From assembly GCA_934446465.1 (NCBI GenBank), contig CAKSEF010000001.1:29278-93277 (forward strand): DNA of 64,000 nucleotides, written 5' to 3'. The notes under the pieces are model-generated. The model was not told the DNA's origin. It did no database searches and was given only the letters and a program-made list of their open reading frames with translations. A program made the translations under genes and the position numbers. Every line of letters starts with the position of its first letter. The first letter of the stretch is position 1. Below are positions 36,280 through 46,018 of this stretch, piece after piece. Source of the DNA: an uncultured Oscillospiraceae bacterium (GTDB lineage: Bacteria; Bacillota; Clostridia; Oscillospirales; JAAYXM01).

Positions 36280-38064
36280 TTACTTAAGAGCTGCTTTGAG
36301 GTTTTCGAGCTGAGCACGGAGTTCTTTCGGGAGCTTGTCGCCGAATTTCTTGTAGTGCTCCTCAATTTCAGCAGCTTCTTTTGTCCAGACGTCCTTATCG
36401 ACTGTGAGGATATCCTTAAGAGTATCCATATCCATGTCGAGGTCTGTAACATCGATATCTTCGGGCTTCGGAACGTAGCCGATAGGTGTTTCAACAGCGG
36501 ATGCCTTGCCCTCGCAGCGGTCGATAATCCAGTTGAGAACACGCATATTGTCGCCGAATCCGGGCCATACGAAGTTGCCCTCGTCATCTGTACGGAACCA
36601 GTTGACGTTGAATATCTTCGGAGCCTTATCGCCGAGCTTCTTGCCCATTTCGAGCCAATGTGCGAAGTAGTCGCCCATGTTGTAACCGCAGAACGGAAGC
36701 ATAGCCATCGGGTCGCGGCGGACAACACCTACTGCACCTGCAGCTGCGGCAGTTGTCTCGGATGCCATTGCAGAGCCGACAAATACGCCGTTTTCCCAAG
36801 ACTTTGACTGATAAACGAGCGGAGCGCACTTTGCACGGCGGCCGCCGAATACGATAGCGGAAATCGGAACGCCTTCGCCCTTATTAAACTCATCGGAAAT
36901 GCAGGGGCAGTTCTCTGCCGGTGCAGTAAATCTTGAGTTCGGATGAGCGGCATATGTGCTCTTATCCTTCTTATCAAACTTGGAAGCATCCCACTTGTTG
37001 CCCTTCCAGTCGATGCAGTTTGTCGGGAGGTCTTTATTGAGTCCTTCCCACCATACCGTATTGTCATCGAGATTGAGAGCTACGTTTGTGAATATTGTAT
37101 TCTTCTTTGTGGACTCAAGAGCGTTGAAGTTGGAGTGTGCGTTTGTTCCCGGAGCAACGCCGAAGAAGCCGTTTTCGGGGTTGATGGCATAGAGTCTGCC
37201 GTCTTCCTTAATCTTCATCCATGCAATGTCGTCGCCGACTGTCCAAATCTTGTAGCCCTTCTTGCGGAGGTATTCAGGCGGAATAAGCATTGCGAGGTTC
37301 GTCTTTCCGCAGGCAGACGGGAATGCAGCCGCGATATACTTTACTTCGCCCTCAGGATTCTGAAGTCCGAGGATGAGCATATGCTCTGCCATCCAGCCTT
37401 CCTTCCAGCCCTGGTAAGAAGCAATACGGAGTGCGAAGCACTTCTTGCCGAGGAGAACGTTTCCGCCGTAAGCGGAGTTGACCGAGATAATCGTATTGTC
37501 CTCGGGGAACTGGCAAATATATCTCTTCTCGGGGTCAATGTCGCAGGAAGCGTGGAAACCGCGAACCCAATCATTGCTGTCGCCGAGAATGTCAAATACA
37601 GCCTTGCCGACTCTTGTCATGATAACCATGTTAAGAACAACATACTTTGAGTCTGTAATCTCAACGCCGATTTTTGCGAGCGGTGAGCCTATCGGGCCCA
37701 TCGAGAACGGGATAACGTACATTGTTCTGCCCTTGTAGGAATCACGCGCGATATCATAAAGCTTTGCGTACATTTCCTTCGGGTCACACCAGTTATTTGT
37801 AGGACCTGCTTTTTCCTTTGTTTCGGCGCAGATAAATGTTCTGTCCTCAACACGCGCAACATCGTTCTGACGTGTTCTGTGGAGATAGCAGCCGGGAAGC
37901 TTTTCTTCATTGAGCTTTATGAGCTCGCCGGAAGCACTTGCTTCGGCGCGGATAGCGTCAAGCTGTGCCTCGCTTCCGTCAATCCAAACTATCGAATCCG
38001 GCTTAACGAGGTTGGCCATTTCTTCAACCCAGCTGTTTACTGTTTTGTTTGTTGTCAAACTCAT
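36280..38064 (-). CDS. pck: Phosphoenolpyruvate carboxykinase (GTP-dependent)
   Basis: 594 aa with GTP-PEPCK motifs (FPSACGKTN, WMAEHMLI, NWFR). Confidence 0.95.
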   Translation of the reverse strand: MSLTTNKTVNSWVEEMANLVKPDSIVWIDGSEAQLDAIRAEASASGELIKLNEEKLPGCYLHRTRQNDVARVEDRTFICAETKEKAGPTNNWCDPKEMYAKLYDIARDSYKGRTMYVIPFSMGPIGSPLAKIGVEITDSKYVVLNMVIMTRVGKAVFDILGDSNDWVRGFHASCDIDPEKRYICQFPEDNTIISVNSAYGGNVLLGKKCFALRIASYQGWKEGWMAEHMLILGLQNPEGEVKYIAAAFPSACGKTNLAMLIPPEYLRKKGYKIWTVGDDIAWMKIKEDGRLYAINPENGFFGVAPGTNAHSNFNALESTKKNTIFTNVALNLDDNTVWWEGLNKDLPTNCIDWKGNKWDASKFDKKDKSTYAAHPNSRFTAPAENCPCISDEFNKGEGVPISAIVFGGRRAKCAPLVYQSKSWENGVFVGSAMASETTAAAAGAVGVVRRDPMAMLPFCGYNMGDYFAHWLEMGKKLGDKAPKIFNVNWFRTDDEGNFVWPGFGDNMRVLNWIIDRCEGKASAVETPIGYVPKPEDIDVTDLDMDMDTLKDILTVDKDVWTKEAAEIEEHYKKFGDKLPKELRAQLENLKAALK

Positions 38065-38375
38065 TTTGAATTTATGCTCCTTTCGTAATTATGCATAATC
38101 TGCTGTTTACTATTTTATTATTTTTTCGGACAAATATCAATAGCAATTAAAAAGAAATTTTCCTGTTTAAATGAAATTTTTTATGTATTTTGACGATTTT
38201 TTAACAAAGTGCGGAGAAATTAACGCATTAACCGTTCTGTTTCGGCAAAATACACCGCAATCTGTTTTTTTCGGTCATACAGCGCAAAAATCGAGCATTT
38301 ATGCCACTTATTTTCCGACTGTATATTCAGTCATATTTTTTTATAATCATCATATATGAAAGGAATGATAAAGAA

Positions 38376-40703
38376 ATGGATGTAAAAAACAAAAATCTTC
38401 AAAGCCTGCTCGCCCGCGGAGCTTCAAAAGCCGAATCATTTTTGATTAACAGCGGTTTACTGATATATCCCTTAAAATTTGCCGCCGCTTTTTTTCTTTC
38501 GCGCGGTACAATACTCGGCTCTTCCGCGCCGTTCGGGATAGCCGTCGGGGCGGTTTGCGCGTCCGGACGCGGAGCGGTTTGCGCTATGTTCGGCGCGGCT
38601 TTGGGTTATTTGACCATACTTGACCGAGTTAATTCTCTCAAATACATAGCCTGCCTTATTCTCATGTATACGGCGCACTTTGTCTTTTCGGGAACTGAGC
38701 TTGTGAAAAAACGTGCGTTTGCCCCCATGTCGGTGCTTGTTCCCATGATTGCGATTAACGGGGTATTTCTCGCCGTCTCGTATTCCCCCGTTCTTGACGC
38801 AATCCTTTTCGCATTTGAGACTTGGGCAGCCGTGCTCTGCACATATCTTTTCTCATTTGTAGCAGACACGAGGAAGAACACGTGCGCAACCCAATGCGAG
38901 TTCTCGGCAGGACTTCTTGCCGCGGCGGCCGCAGCGGTTATCGCATTCTCAGGACTTCCGCATTTTTTCGGCATATCTCTCGGAAATGTTTTTGCTGTTC
39001 TGTTTACTCTTCTCGTGTCGTTTACAGGCGGTTTTTACGCATCTGCCGTAAGCGGTGCCGTTTTCGGAGGTGCGGCGGCTCTCGCCGTTTCAAATCCCGC
39101 ACTGTGTCCGTCATTCGTTGCTCTCGGACTTGTATGCGCGCTTTTTTCAAAGAAGGGGAAGTTTTTGGCTGTATTCCCCGCCGTTTTTACATCTTACATC
39201 ACGGCGTTATGTCTTGATGCGTCTTTGATGATTCCGCTTGCAGCTGAGTCGGCGGTTTCCGCGGTGCTATTTTTCATCATTTCGCCCGTATTTTCAAAAA
39301 TTTCGAGATTTATTTTCGCCGCCGCGCCGAAAAACCGCGACAATCACATCAAAAAGCTCACATCCGAAAGGCTTTCGTCTCTTTCGTCGGCCTTTCTTGC
39401 AATAGGCAACTCACTCACGCTCTCCGCATCTCAAAATGAGGACAGAAAGCTCGACGTACCGCTTGCATTTGACATGGCAGCTTCTCAGATATGCAAACAA
39501 TGCACTCTCTCCAAAATATGCTGGGAGCGGGATTTTGAAAAAACGAAGGACGCGCTGAATAATGCGACTAATGCAGTGTTGTCAAACGGAAGACTCTCCT
39601 CCTCGGATTTTCCGTCTTACTTTTCATCGCGCTGCATTCACATTGAAAACTTTGTAAATTCGGTAAACCGCGAGGTATATGCGATGAAGTACCGCGGACA
39701 GTTTTCCGAAAAACTCCGTGAAAACCGCGAGCTCATATCACGGCAGTACACGGACACCTCGGCAATTTTTTCTTCACTTGCAACGGACATATTTGAGAAC
39801 GCAGAATTTGATGACAATGCCGAAAATGAAATTACGGAGATTTTGTCTTCCCGCGGAATACTCTGCGAGACGGCGGTTTACCGCGATTTTGAGGGGCATA
39901 TGAACATTCATCTTTTCGGGAGCGATCTCACATGCTTCAGGGACAAGGCAGATGAACTCTGTTCGGAAATTTCCGAACGCTGCGGAATTAAGCTCAATGC
40001 ACCTCAGCTTGCCTTCGGAGAGCAGGTTGACGATGTTGTTATAAAGGAAGCACCGCCGTTTTCCGTGTCATTCGGCTGCGCCGTACGCAGAAAAAACTCA
40101 GACGGCATAAGCGGTGATTCGGGGAGCTTCATTTCTCCCTCAAACGGAAAATCCGCCGTAATTCTGTCAGACGGAATGGGAACGGGAAAGGAGGCCGCAA
40201 GAGAAAGCGCGTCCTCGGTAAAGCTTCTTGAAGGGCTTCTTAAAACGGGAATGTCCCCCAAAAATGCTCTTTCAACTCTCCAATCGGCGCTCATGATAAA
40301 AAGCGACGAGCAGAATGCCTTCGCCACACTTGACCTTGCGTATTTTGACCTCTTCTGCGGAAAATGCGACTTTTTCAAGCTCGGCGGTGCGCCCGCCTAC
40401 ATAAAACGCGGAAAAAAGGTTTGCCGTATCACCTCATCGTCCCTGCCCGCAGGAATGTCTGTCGGAACACGCGTTCTTCCGGATTTCACATCCGTTAGTC
40501 TCAGCGACGGCGACGTGGTTGTTATGGTGAGCGACGGTGTTTCCGATTTAAAATCCGACGGCTGGCTTCTTTCTTTTCTCTCAGAGTCCGAGGAGTGTCG
40601 GCCACGGGAATTTGCGGAAAAGATTATAGAAAAATCCATTGAATGCCACGGAAAGGGCGATGATATGACGGCAGCGGTAATTCTTTTTACGCAAGGTGCA
40701 TAG
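38376..40703 (+). CDS. spoIIE: Stage II sporulation protein E (membrane PP2C phosphatase)
   Basis: I place the start at MDVKNKNL (GAAAGGAA SD). About 10 TM segments and a central regulatory region precede the C-terminal PP2C domain (GDSGSF, LSDGMGTG, VMVSDGV, DDMTAAV). Confidence 0.9.
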   Translation: MDVKNKNLQSLLARGASKAESFLINSGLLIYPLKFAAAFFLSRGTILGSSAPFGIAVGAVCASGRGAVCAMFGAALGYLTILDRVNSLKYIACLILMYTAHFVFSGTELVKKRAFAPMSVLVPMIAINGVFLAVSYSPVLDAILFAFETWAAVLCTYLFSFVADTRKNTCATQCEFSAGLLAAAAAAVIAFSGLPHFFGISLGNVFAVLFTLLVSFTGGFYASAVSGAVFGGAAALAVSNPALCPSFVALGLVCALFSKKGKFLAVFPAVFTSYITALCLDASLMIPLAAESAVSAVLFFIISPVFSKISRFIFAAAPKNRDNHIKKLTSERLSSLSSAFLAIGNSLTLSASQNEDRKLDVPLAFDMAASQICKQCTLSKICWERDFEKTKDALNNATNAVLSNGRLSSSDFPSYFSSRCIHIENFVNSVNREVYAMKYRGQFSEKLRENRELISRQYTDTSAIFSSLATDIFENAEFDDNAENEITEILSSRGILCETAVYRDFEGHMNIHLFGSDLTCFRDKADELCSEISERCGIKLNAPQLAFGEQVDDVVIKEAPPFSVSFGCAVRRKNSDGISGDSGSFISPSNGKSAVILSDGMGTGKEAARESASSVKLLEGLLKTGMSPKNALSTLQSALMIKSDEQNAFATLDLAYFDLFCGKCDFFKLGGAPAYIKRGKKVCRITSSSLPAGMSVGTRVLPDFTSVSLSDGDVVVMVSDGVSDLKSDGWLLSFLSESEECRPREFAEKIIEKSIECHGKGDDMTAAVILFTQGA

Positions 40704-40756
40704 TATTCATGATTTTCGGCTAAAATTACGATATAAACTCATTTTAGGAGAGTGCT

Positions 40757-41029
40757 ATGGTTAAGGGAATTTCTAAGCGGGTCGTAGTTGTAAAAGCTCC
40801 GGCAAGCAGTTTATTCGAGCAGGCAATATTTATATTGAACGACGGACACATAAATTCCTGCTCCGTGGATTCGGAAAACATACTCCGTGAAGCCTGTGCC
40901 GCCGCAGATGATTATGTGCGGGAGCATTGCGGAAAGAGACGCGTTTTTTACAAAAGCAAACCTTTTCTTATCTGCGCGTCGGTTCTCGTGTTTTTTGCCC
41001 TCTCTTTTGCTTTCTCAAGGCTCGTGTAA
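40757..41029 (+). CDS. Uncharacterised small protein with a C-terminal TM anchor
   Basis: 90 aa beginning MVKGISKRVVVVKAP, with C-terminal PFLICASVLVFFALSFAFSRLV. AGGAGAG SD. It starts 53 nt after spoIIE with no intervening terminator. Confidence 0.55.
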   Translation: MVKGISKRVVVVKAPASSLFEQAIFILNDGHINSCSVDSENILREACAAADDYVREHCGKRRVFYKSKPFLICASVLVFFALSFAFSRLV

Positions 41030-41038
41030 TTAAAACGT

Positions 41039-41080
41039 AAAACAGTCCCTGAAAGAGCTAACTTTCTGGGACTGTTTTAC
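41039..41080. terminator. Bidirectional terminator (spoIIE unit / hydroxyacid dehydrogenase)
   Basis: aaaacagtccctgaaag-agctaa-ctttctgggactgtttt lies between convergent stop codons. Confidence 0.75.
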
Positions 41081-41082
41081 AT

Positions 41083-42033
41083 CTATTTATTTACGACGTT
41101 TATAGGTTTTCCGTTTTTGAACGCCCGAAGGTTTTTCGCAACGAGCGCAATCAGTCGTTTGCGTGTTTCTTTCGGTGCCCATGCTATATGCGGTGTTACA
41201 AGGCAATTCTTTGCGGTCAGCAGCGGATTGTTCCCGCACATAGGTTCAACTGTCAGAACATCTATTCCCGCCCCTGCGATTTTCCCACCGTTGAGGGCGT
41301 CCGCAAGTGCCTTTTCGTCCACGCATCCTCCGCGCGCAGTATTTATAAGGTACGCGCTTTTCTTCATCAGCGACAGAGTTTCGGTATTTACGATTTTTTC
41401 CGTTTCTTTTGTAAGCGGTGCATGGAGCGTCAGAAAATCAGAGCGCGAAAAAAGCTCTTCTTTTGATACGAGTTCGACATTCGTATCGGTCGGCTTTGAG
41501 CGGGTGCAGACAATTATATTCATTTTGAATGCACGTCCTATTTCCGCGACCGTGCGTCCGATGCTCCCGTATCCGAATATTCCGAGAGCTTTCCCCGCGA
41601 GTTCGGATATCGGAAACGGAAAATATGTAAAGGTTTTAGACCTTACCCAGTCGCCTTTTGACGATGACGCAGTGTAATCGCATAAGCTCCCCGATAATGC
41701 GAGGATAAAAGAGAACGTATGCTGCGCCACGGCATCTGTGGAATATCCGGGAACATTGCACACGCAAATCCCGCGTTCTTTTGCGGCTTCGGTATCGATA
41801 TTATTATACCCTGTTGCAAACAGCCCTATATATTTAAGCTTCGGACAGCTTTCGATGATTTTTCTGTCTATTTGCGCCTTATTGCATATAACGGCGTCCG
41901 CGTCCCTGAGTACGCGCGCTATGTCGGACTCCGGAAGCAAGTCAAAGCACTCGGTATCTCCGATGCCCAAAAGCTCCGAAAAATCGATATCACCGTTTGT
42001 TACCGTGCATTTATCGAGGATTACTGTTTTCAT
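41083..42033 (-). CDS. D-isomer-specific 2-hydroxyacid dehydrogenase (glycerate/hydroxypyruvate reductase-like)
   Basis: 316 aa with the NAD motif GIFGYGSIGRTVA and a catalytic Arg/Glu/His pattern (NTARGG ... EP ... TPHIAW). Confidence 0.85.
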   Translation of the reverse strand: MKTVILDKCTVTNGDIDFSELLGIGDTECFDLLPESDIARVLRDADAVICNKAQIDRKIIESCPKLKYIGLFATGYNNIDTEAAKERGICVCNVPGYSTDAVAQHTFSFILALSGSLCDYTASSSKGDWVRSKTFTYFPFPISELAGKALGIFGYGSIGRTVAEIGRAFKMNIIVCTRSKPTDTNVELVSKEELFSRSDFLTLHAPLTKETEKIVNTETLSLMKKSAYLINTARGGCVDEKALADALNGGKIAGAGIDVLTVEPMCGNNPLLTAKNCLVTPHIAWAPKETRKRLIALVAKNLRAFKNGKPINVVNK

Positions 42034-42077
42034 AAAAACGCATCTCCGTTTCTGTATGTCAGCATACCAAACGGCGT

Positions 42078-42110
42078 GCCGAATATTCGTGCACGCCGTT
42101 TATCGAGCTT
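42078..42110 (-). terminator. Terminator candidate after the Ldh_2 gene
   Basis: 10-bp inverted repeat aacggcgtgc / gcacgccgtt, followed on the minus strand by TTTGGTATG, a short U-tract. Confidence 0.5.
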
Positions 42111-42113
42111 ATA

Positions 42114-43199
42114 TTATGCCTTGAAGTAGTCGTCAAAATTGAGACCCTGAGATGCTCCGATATCCTTGAGCTCCTTAAGCGTCTTTTCATTGACGGGAAC
42201 GCCGTCGTGAAGCTTCTGAGTCATGGACTCAACTTCCTTCTCACCGTGCGTGTAAATTCTGTCGTGTCCGTCTGCTTTGGGGCTTTCGCGGAGTTCGTTG
42301 AGGAGGTTAGACATACGTGCCTTTATTTCCTTCTTATCTCCGAATATGCCGTAATCGATTGCCATGAGGCAGAACGACGTGTCGGCGTTACCGCTGTTGC
42401 GTACGTGAGGCGATGTTGTTCCGCCCGTGATGATAGACGTAAACAGCTCAACAATTATTCCGAGACCGTAGCCCTTATGCGAGCCTGTCTCCTCGGAGAA
42501 ACCGCCGAGCGGGAATATGCCGCCGCCGAGCTTTCCGATGATATTCTTAAGAACGCGGTCTGCATCGTCGCAGTCTGCACCATTCTCGTCTGCTACCCAG
42601 CCTGTGGGGAGCGGGAGCTCTTTCTTTCTGTAAACTTCAAGCTTACCGCGTGTGATTACGGTCGTCGCCGCGTCATACCAGAAGTCAACCGGGTCAGCGG
42701 GCATACATACCGCTATCGGGCTTGTTCCGAGCATTGCTTTCTTGCCGTATGTCGGAATTGCGATAGCTTCCGTATTTGTCATGCTGATACCAATCATATC
42801 AGCATCAGCTGCCATCTTCGTGTAGTAGCCGGCGATGCCGTAGTGGTTGGAACCGCGGACGCAAACTGCGCCGAAGCCGCTCTTCTTTGCCTTTTCGATA
42901 GCCATGTTCATTGCCTTCTTGGCAACTACCTGGCCCATAGATTTCGGAGCGTCGATTACCGCCGAAACAGGTGTTTCAAATATAATCTCGGGCTTTGTAT
43001 CCGGAACTATCGAGCCTTCTTCGATAGCGTTATGGTATCTGATAAGGCGCTGTACGCCATGGGACTCTATACCGTAGAGGTCCGCTGTGAGGAGAACGTC
43101 TGTTATGTCCTTGCTCTCCTGCTCTGTATATCCGCGCTTTACGAAAATATCTTCACAATACTTACGGAGAGCCGCGGCATCAAGGTTAATATATGCCAT
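42114..43199 (-). CDS. Ldh_2 family (malate/L-lactate/sulfolactate/diketogulonate-type) oxidoreductase
   Basis: 361 aa with motifs LYGIESHGVQRL and GSNHYGIAGYY, characteristic of the Ldh_2 family. The substrate cannot be told from sequence. Confidence 0.8.
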   Translation of the reverse strand: MAYINLDAAALRKYCEDIFVKRGYTEQESKDITDVLLTADLYGIESHGVQRLIRYHNAIEEGSIVPDTKPEIIFETPVSAVIDAPKSMGQVVAKKAMNMAIEKAKKSGFGAVCVRGSNHYGIAGYYTKMAADADMIGISMTNTEAIAIPTYGKKAMLGTSPIAVCMPADPVDFWYDAATTVITRGKLEVYRKKELPLPTGWVADENGADCDDADRVLKNIIGKLGGGIFPLGGFSEETGSHKGYGLGIIVELFTSIITGGTTSPHVRNSGNADTSFCLMAIDYGIFGDKKEIKARMSNLLNELRESPKADGHDRIYTHGEKEVESMTQKLHDGVPVNEKTLKELKDIGASQGLNFDDYFKA

Positions 43200-43231
43200 T
43201 GTAAACTACTTCCTTTCTCTTTTGCGGGGAT

Positions 43232-44263
43232 TTATCTCTGTACACGGCCCGAACCGTCGCCGCCCATGAGGTTCTTAACCTCTGCAAGCGTTGCGCGGTT
43301 GAAGTCGCCGGAGATTGAGTGCTTGAGGCAGGATGCCGCAACTGCGAAGTTGAGTGCGTCCTCTTTGTTTTCATAGTTGTTAAGACCGTAGATGAGTCCG
43401 CCCGAGAACGAGTCGCCGCCGCCAACGCGGTCAACGATATCGGTGATTAAGTACTTTCTGCTGAGATAGAAGTTATCTCTGTCGCAGAGGCATGCGGACC
43501 AGCCGTTTGTATCTGCGCTCTTGCTCTCACGGAGAGTGATTGCAAGTGTCTTCATGTTCGGATAAGCGTCAAGAACCTTGCGTGCAAGAGCTTCGTACTT
43601 TGCAGTGTCGAGCTTGCCGTCCTCAACCTTAACGTCAATCGTGATTCCGAGGGACTTCTGGCAGTCTTCCTCATTTGCTATGCCGACATCGACATACTTA
43701 ACGAGCTCGCACATAATCTCAGGAGCTGTTTTGCCATACTTCCAGAGATTCTTGCGGAAGTTAAAGTCGCACGAAACTGTGAGTCCGAGCTTCTTTGCAG
43801 CCTTTACCGACTCGAGCGAAAGCTCGGCAGCCGACTCGCTTATTGCTGGAGTGATACCCGTAATATGGAACCATGTTGCTCCGTCAAAAATCTTTTCCCA
43901 ATCGAAGTCGCCGGGCTTTGCGAGCGCGATGGATGAATACGCACGGTCGTAAACAACCTTCGACGGTCTCTGGTTTGCGCCTGTTTCGAGGTAGTAGATC
44001 CCTACGCGTCCTTCCGAACGAACGATGTCCTTCGTATCAACTCCGAAATAGCGAAGGTCGTTAATGCAGGCATCAGCTATTGCGTTTGACGGAAGAGCCG
44101 TTACGAAAGATGCGTCCATTCCGTAATTTGCAAGAGATACTGCGACGTTCGCCTCGCCGCCTCCGAATGTTGCTTCCAAGGACGGGGACTGGAAAAATCT
44201 CTCAAGAGCCGGGGATTTGAGTCTGAGCATGATTTCTCCGAATGTTACTACTTTCTTTGACAT
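43232..44263 (-). CDS. kdgK: PfkB-family sugar kinase, 2-dehydro-3-deoxygluconokinase-like
   Basis: I place the start at [15 protein letters not shown] (AAGGAG SD). [16 protein letters not shown] at the N-terminus and [10 protein letters not shown] near the C-terminus are typical of the clostridial KdgK type. Confidence 0.75.
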   Translation of the reverse strand: MSKKVVTFGEIMLRLKSPALERFFQSPSLEATFGGGEANVAVSLANYGMDASFVTALPSNAIADACINDLRYFGVDTKDIVRSEGRVGIYYLETGANQRPSKVVYDRAYSSIALAKPGDFDWEKIFDGATWFHITGITPAISESAAELSLESVKAAKKLGLTVSCDFNFRKNLWKYGKTAPEIMCELVKYVDVGIANEEDCQKSLGITIDVKVEDGKLDTAKYEALARKVLDAYPNMKTLAITLRESKSADTNGWSACLCDRDNFYLSRKYLITDIVDRVGGGDSFSGGLIYGLNNYENKEDALNFAVAASCLKHSISGDFNRATLAEVKNLMGGDGSGRVQR

Positions 44264-44297
44264 GATAAAATCGCTCCTTTTATGTACTTTTTTATTA

Positions 44298-45485
44298 TTA
44301 CTTATTAAGCTCTGCCCTGTGCTTGTCAAGAAGTCTGTGAATCTTGTCAACAGGCGTCATAAGCGGACTGATTGACGAATCATGGTTCATCGTATCGATT
44401 ATAAGGGATAGAAACTTTGACATATCGACATTTGCATACCACGGCGCCGAAAGGACTTCCTTCGTGCGGTAATTGAGGTTAGTTGAAAACACTTTTGTAA
44501 TTGCGCCTTCTTCATAGCACTTATCAAACGCCGCCGTGCCCTCGGTAAACAATCCGAATGTCGCACCGACAAATATGCGCCGTGCGTTCTTGTGCTTAAG
44601 CTCTTTTGCAATCTCGATTACCGACTCGCCCGAGGAAATCATATCGTCGATTATGAGAACGTCTTTTCCCTCAACGGAATCTCCGAGAAATTCATGGCTG
44701 ATAATCGGATTTCTTCCGTTGACTATGCGAGTATAATCGCGTCTCTTATAGAACATACCGACGTTTACGCCGAGCATGCTCGCATAGTAAAGGCTTCGGC
44801 TCATTCCGCCTTCGTCCGGCGTTATTACGATAAGGTTGTCCTTATCTATGCGGAGGTCGGGTTCCTCACGGAGGAGTGCCTTTATAATCTGATACGTCGG
44901 GCTGATGTTTTCAAAGCCTATAAGCGGAATCGCATTCTGGACGCGCGGGTCGTGAGCGTCAAATGTGATAATGTTATCTACTCCGAGTCTTTCGAGTTCC
45001 TGAAGCGCCAGGGCGCAGTCGAGAGACTCTCTTGCTGCTTTTCTGTGCTGACGGCTCTCGTACAGAAGCGGCATTATTACATTAATTCTGCGCGCCTTTC
45101 CGCCTATTGCCGCGATTACTCTCTTAATATCCTGAAATATATCGTCGGGGCTCATATGGCATTCCATATTGTACATTTTATATGTACAGCTGTAATTGCT
45201 TATATCCGCAAGAATATATATGTCATAACCGCGGACCGTTTCTTTCAAAATCGCCTTGCCCTCACCCGAGGCAAACCTCGGTGCGGAGTGGCCTATTAGG
45301 TAAGAATCCCTCAGGTATGCGGGAAAGTGCAGCGGAACATTTCCGTTTTCCACATTGCTGCGCCTCTGCTGTACGAGGTTTTCGTCCACCAGATTACCCA
45401 GCTCTTTGCTGCTGTCAAGAGAAATTATCCCCAGCGGAGCATAAGGAATTTTATCGTCCGGAGCGGAGCTAAACGTACTTGCCAT
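44298..45485 (-). CDS. Divergent, enlarged ribose-phosphate diphosphokinase (Prs)-like protein
   Basis: 395 aa against about 315 for canonical Prs. Recognisable motifs are RFASGE (canonical RFSDGE), ESRQHRK (canonical YARQDRK), FDAHD and [13 protein letters not shown] (canonical DDIIDTAGT). Extra segments fall near the N-terminus and C-terminus. Confidence 0.7.
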   Translation of the reverse strand: MASTFSSAPDDKIPYAPLGIISLDSSKELGNLVDENLVQQRRSNVENGNVPLHFPAYLRDSYLIGHSAPRFASGEGKAILKETVRGYDIYILADISNYSCTYKMYNMECHMSPDDIFQDIKRVIAAIGGKARRINVIMPLLYESRQHRKAARESLDCALALQELERLGVDNIITFDAHDPRVQNAIPLIGFENISPTYQIIKALLREEPDLRIDKDNLIVITPDEGGMSRSLYYASMLGVNVGMFYKRRDYTRIVNGRNPIISHEFLGDSVEGKDVLIIDDMISSGESVIEIAKELKHKNARRIFVGATFGLFTEGTAAFDKCYEEGAITKVFSTNLNYRTKEVLSAPWYANVDMSKFLSLIIDTMNHDSSISPLMTPVDKIHRLLDKHRAELNK

Positions 45486-45538
45486 ATCCTTCGTTATCCC
45501 CTTTATTTATTTTTTAAGCATACGCCTCTGTGTAAAAC

Positions 45539-45567
45539 ATGATACCATAGTTTTCAACTTTGTGCAA
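45539..45567 (-). promoter_or_regulatory. Sigma-A promoter candidate for the prs-like operon
   Basis: On the minus strand: TTGCAC (45567..45562), a 17-nt spacer, then TATCAT (45544..45539) preceded by TGG, an extended -10. Confidence 0.5.
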
Positions 45568-45725
45568 GGACTTACAATAACAAAATTGACGTAAAAATCA
45601 AAAAATAATGCGTTTTTTGACCGGAGTTTTTTGTCTTTTTTATCTCTGAATTGCTTTCAAAAGAAAAACTTATATCACTCGGAACAAACTGCGAGAATTT
45701 TTTTCTTGTTTTTTTAAATTAACCG

Positions 45726-45754
45726 TTGACGGAAAGGTTTTTTTATATTATAAT
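45726..45754 (+). promoter_or_regulatory. Consensus sigma-A promoter upstream of the tRNA pair
   Basis: TTGACG (45726..45731), an exact 17-nt spacer, then TATAAT (45749..45754), 36 nt upstream of tRNA-Thr. Confidence 0.75.
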
Positions 45755-45790
45755 GATATTCGTTCGAGCAAAGGCTCGGTTTTGTGGTAA

Positions 45791-45866
45791 GCTGAAGTAG
45801 CTCAGTAGGTAGAGCACATCACTCGTAATGATGAGGTCATGGGTTCGAATCCCATCTTCAGCTCCA
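45791..45866 (+). tRNA. tRNA-Thr (anticodon CGU)
   Basis: Cloverleaf read by hand: acceptor gctgaag/cttcagc, D arm gctc-agtaggta-gagc, anticodon stem catca/tgatg with loop ctCGTaa, T arm atggg-ttcgaat-cccat, encoded CCA. Confidence 0.9.
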
Positions 45867-45880
45867 TTATTTTTTATTTT

Positions 45881-45954
45881 GCAGGTGTAGTTCAATGGTA
45901 GAACTCCAGCTTCCCAAGCTGGCAGCGTGGGTTCGATTCCCATCACCTGCTCCA
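45881..45954 (+). tRNA. tRNA-Gly (anticodon CCC)
   Basis: Acceptor gcaggtg/cacctgc, D arm gttc-aatggta-gaac, anticodon stem ccagc/gctgg with loop ttCCCaa, T arm gtggg-ttcgatt-cccat, encoded CCA. Confidence 0.9.
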
Positions 45955-45965
45955 AATGTTTATTG

Positions 45966-45999
45966 CTTACGGACCGTTTGACGGGGTCGTAAGTTTTTT
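45966..45999 (+). terminator. Intrinsic terminator-like hairpin between tRNA-Gly and mnmE
   Basis: cttacggacc-gtttgacg-ggggtcgtaag (7 bp including one G-U, one mismatch, 2 more bp) followed by TTTTTT. It ends 19 nt before the mnmE ATG. Confidence 0.55.
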
Positions 46000-46018
46000 G
46001 TTAGGAGGCGTTATTCAG

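Noticed and set aside
36198-37067. Same-strand alternative-frame ORFs (176 aa and 112 aa) inside pck, plus other long antisense ORFs (36943..37650, 44592..45299, 46537..47205, 1415..2002)
   Set aside because: They are embedded in genes with unambiguous full-length family signatures. Their composition is Arg/Ser/Thr/Cys-rich, and there are no translation signals. I see no evidence for overlapping genes.
38120-38325. Possible Spo0A boxes upstream of spoIIE (ttcggaca at 38126, ttcggcaa at 38241, ttcggtca at 38270, ttccgact at 38313) and ttagaca at 15157 upstream of spoIIGA
   Set aside because: They resemble the 0A box TTCGACA only with a 1-nt insertion or a mismatch, and such 7-8-mers are expected by chance in AT-rich spacers. 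I cannot support them as binding sites from sequence alone.
42207-43376. 389-aa plus-strand ORF antisense to the Ldh_2 and kdgK genes
   Set aside because: Same reasoning: Cys/Arg/Val-rich nonsense composition, crossing a gene junction, while the opposite-strand genes have clear family motifs.
45743-45955. 70-aa minus-strand ORF in the track
   Set aside because: It lies exactly antisense to the two tRNA genes, and its sequence is just the complement of the tRNA stems. It has no SD and is spurious.
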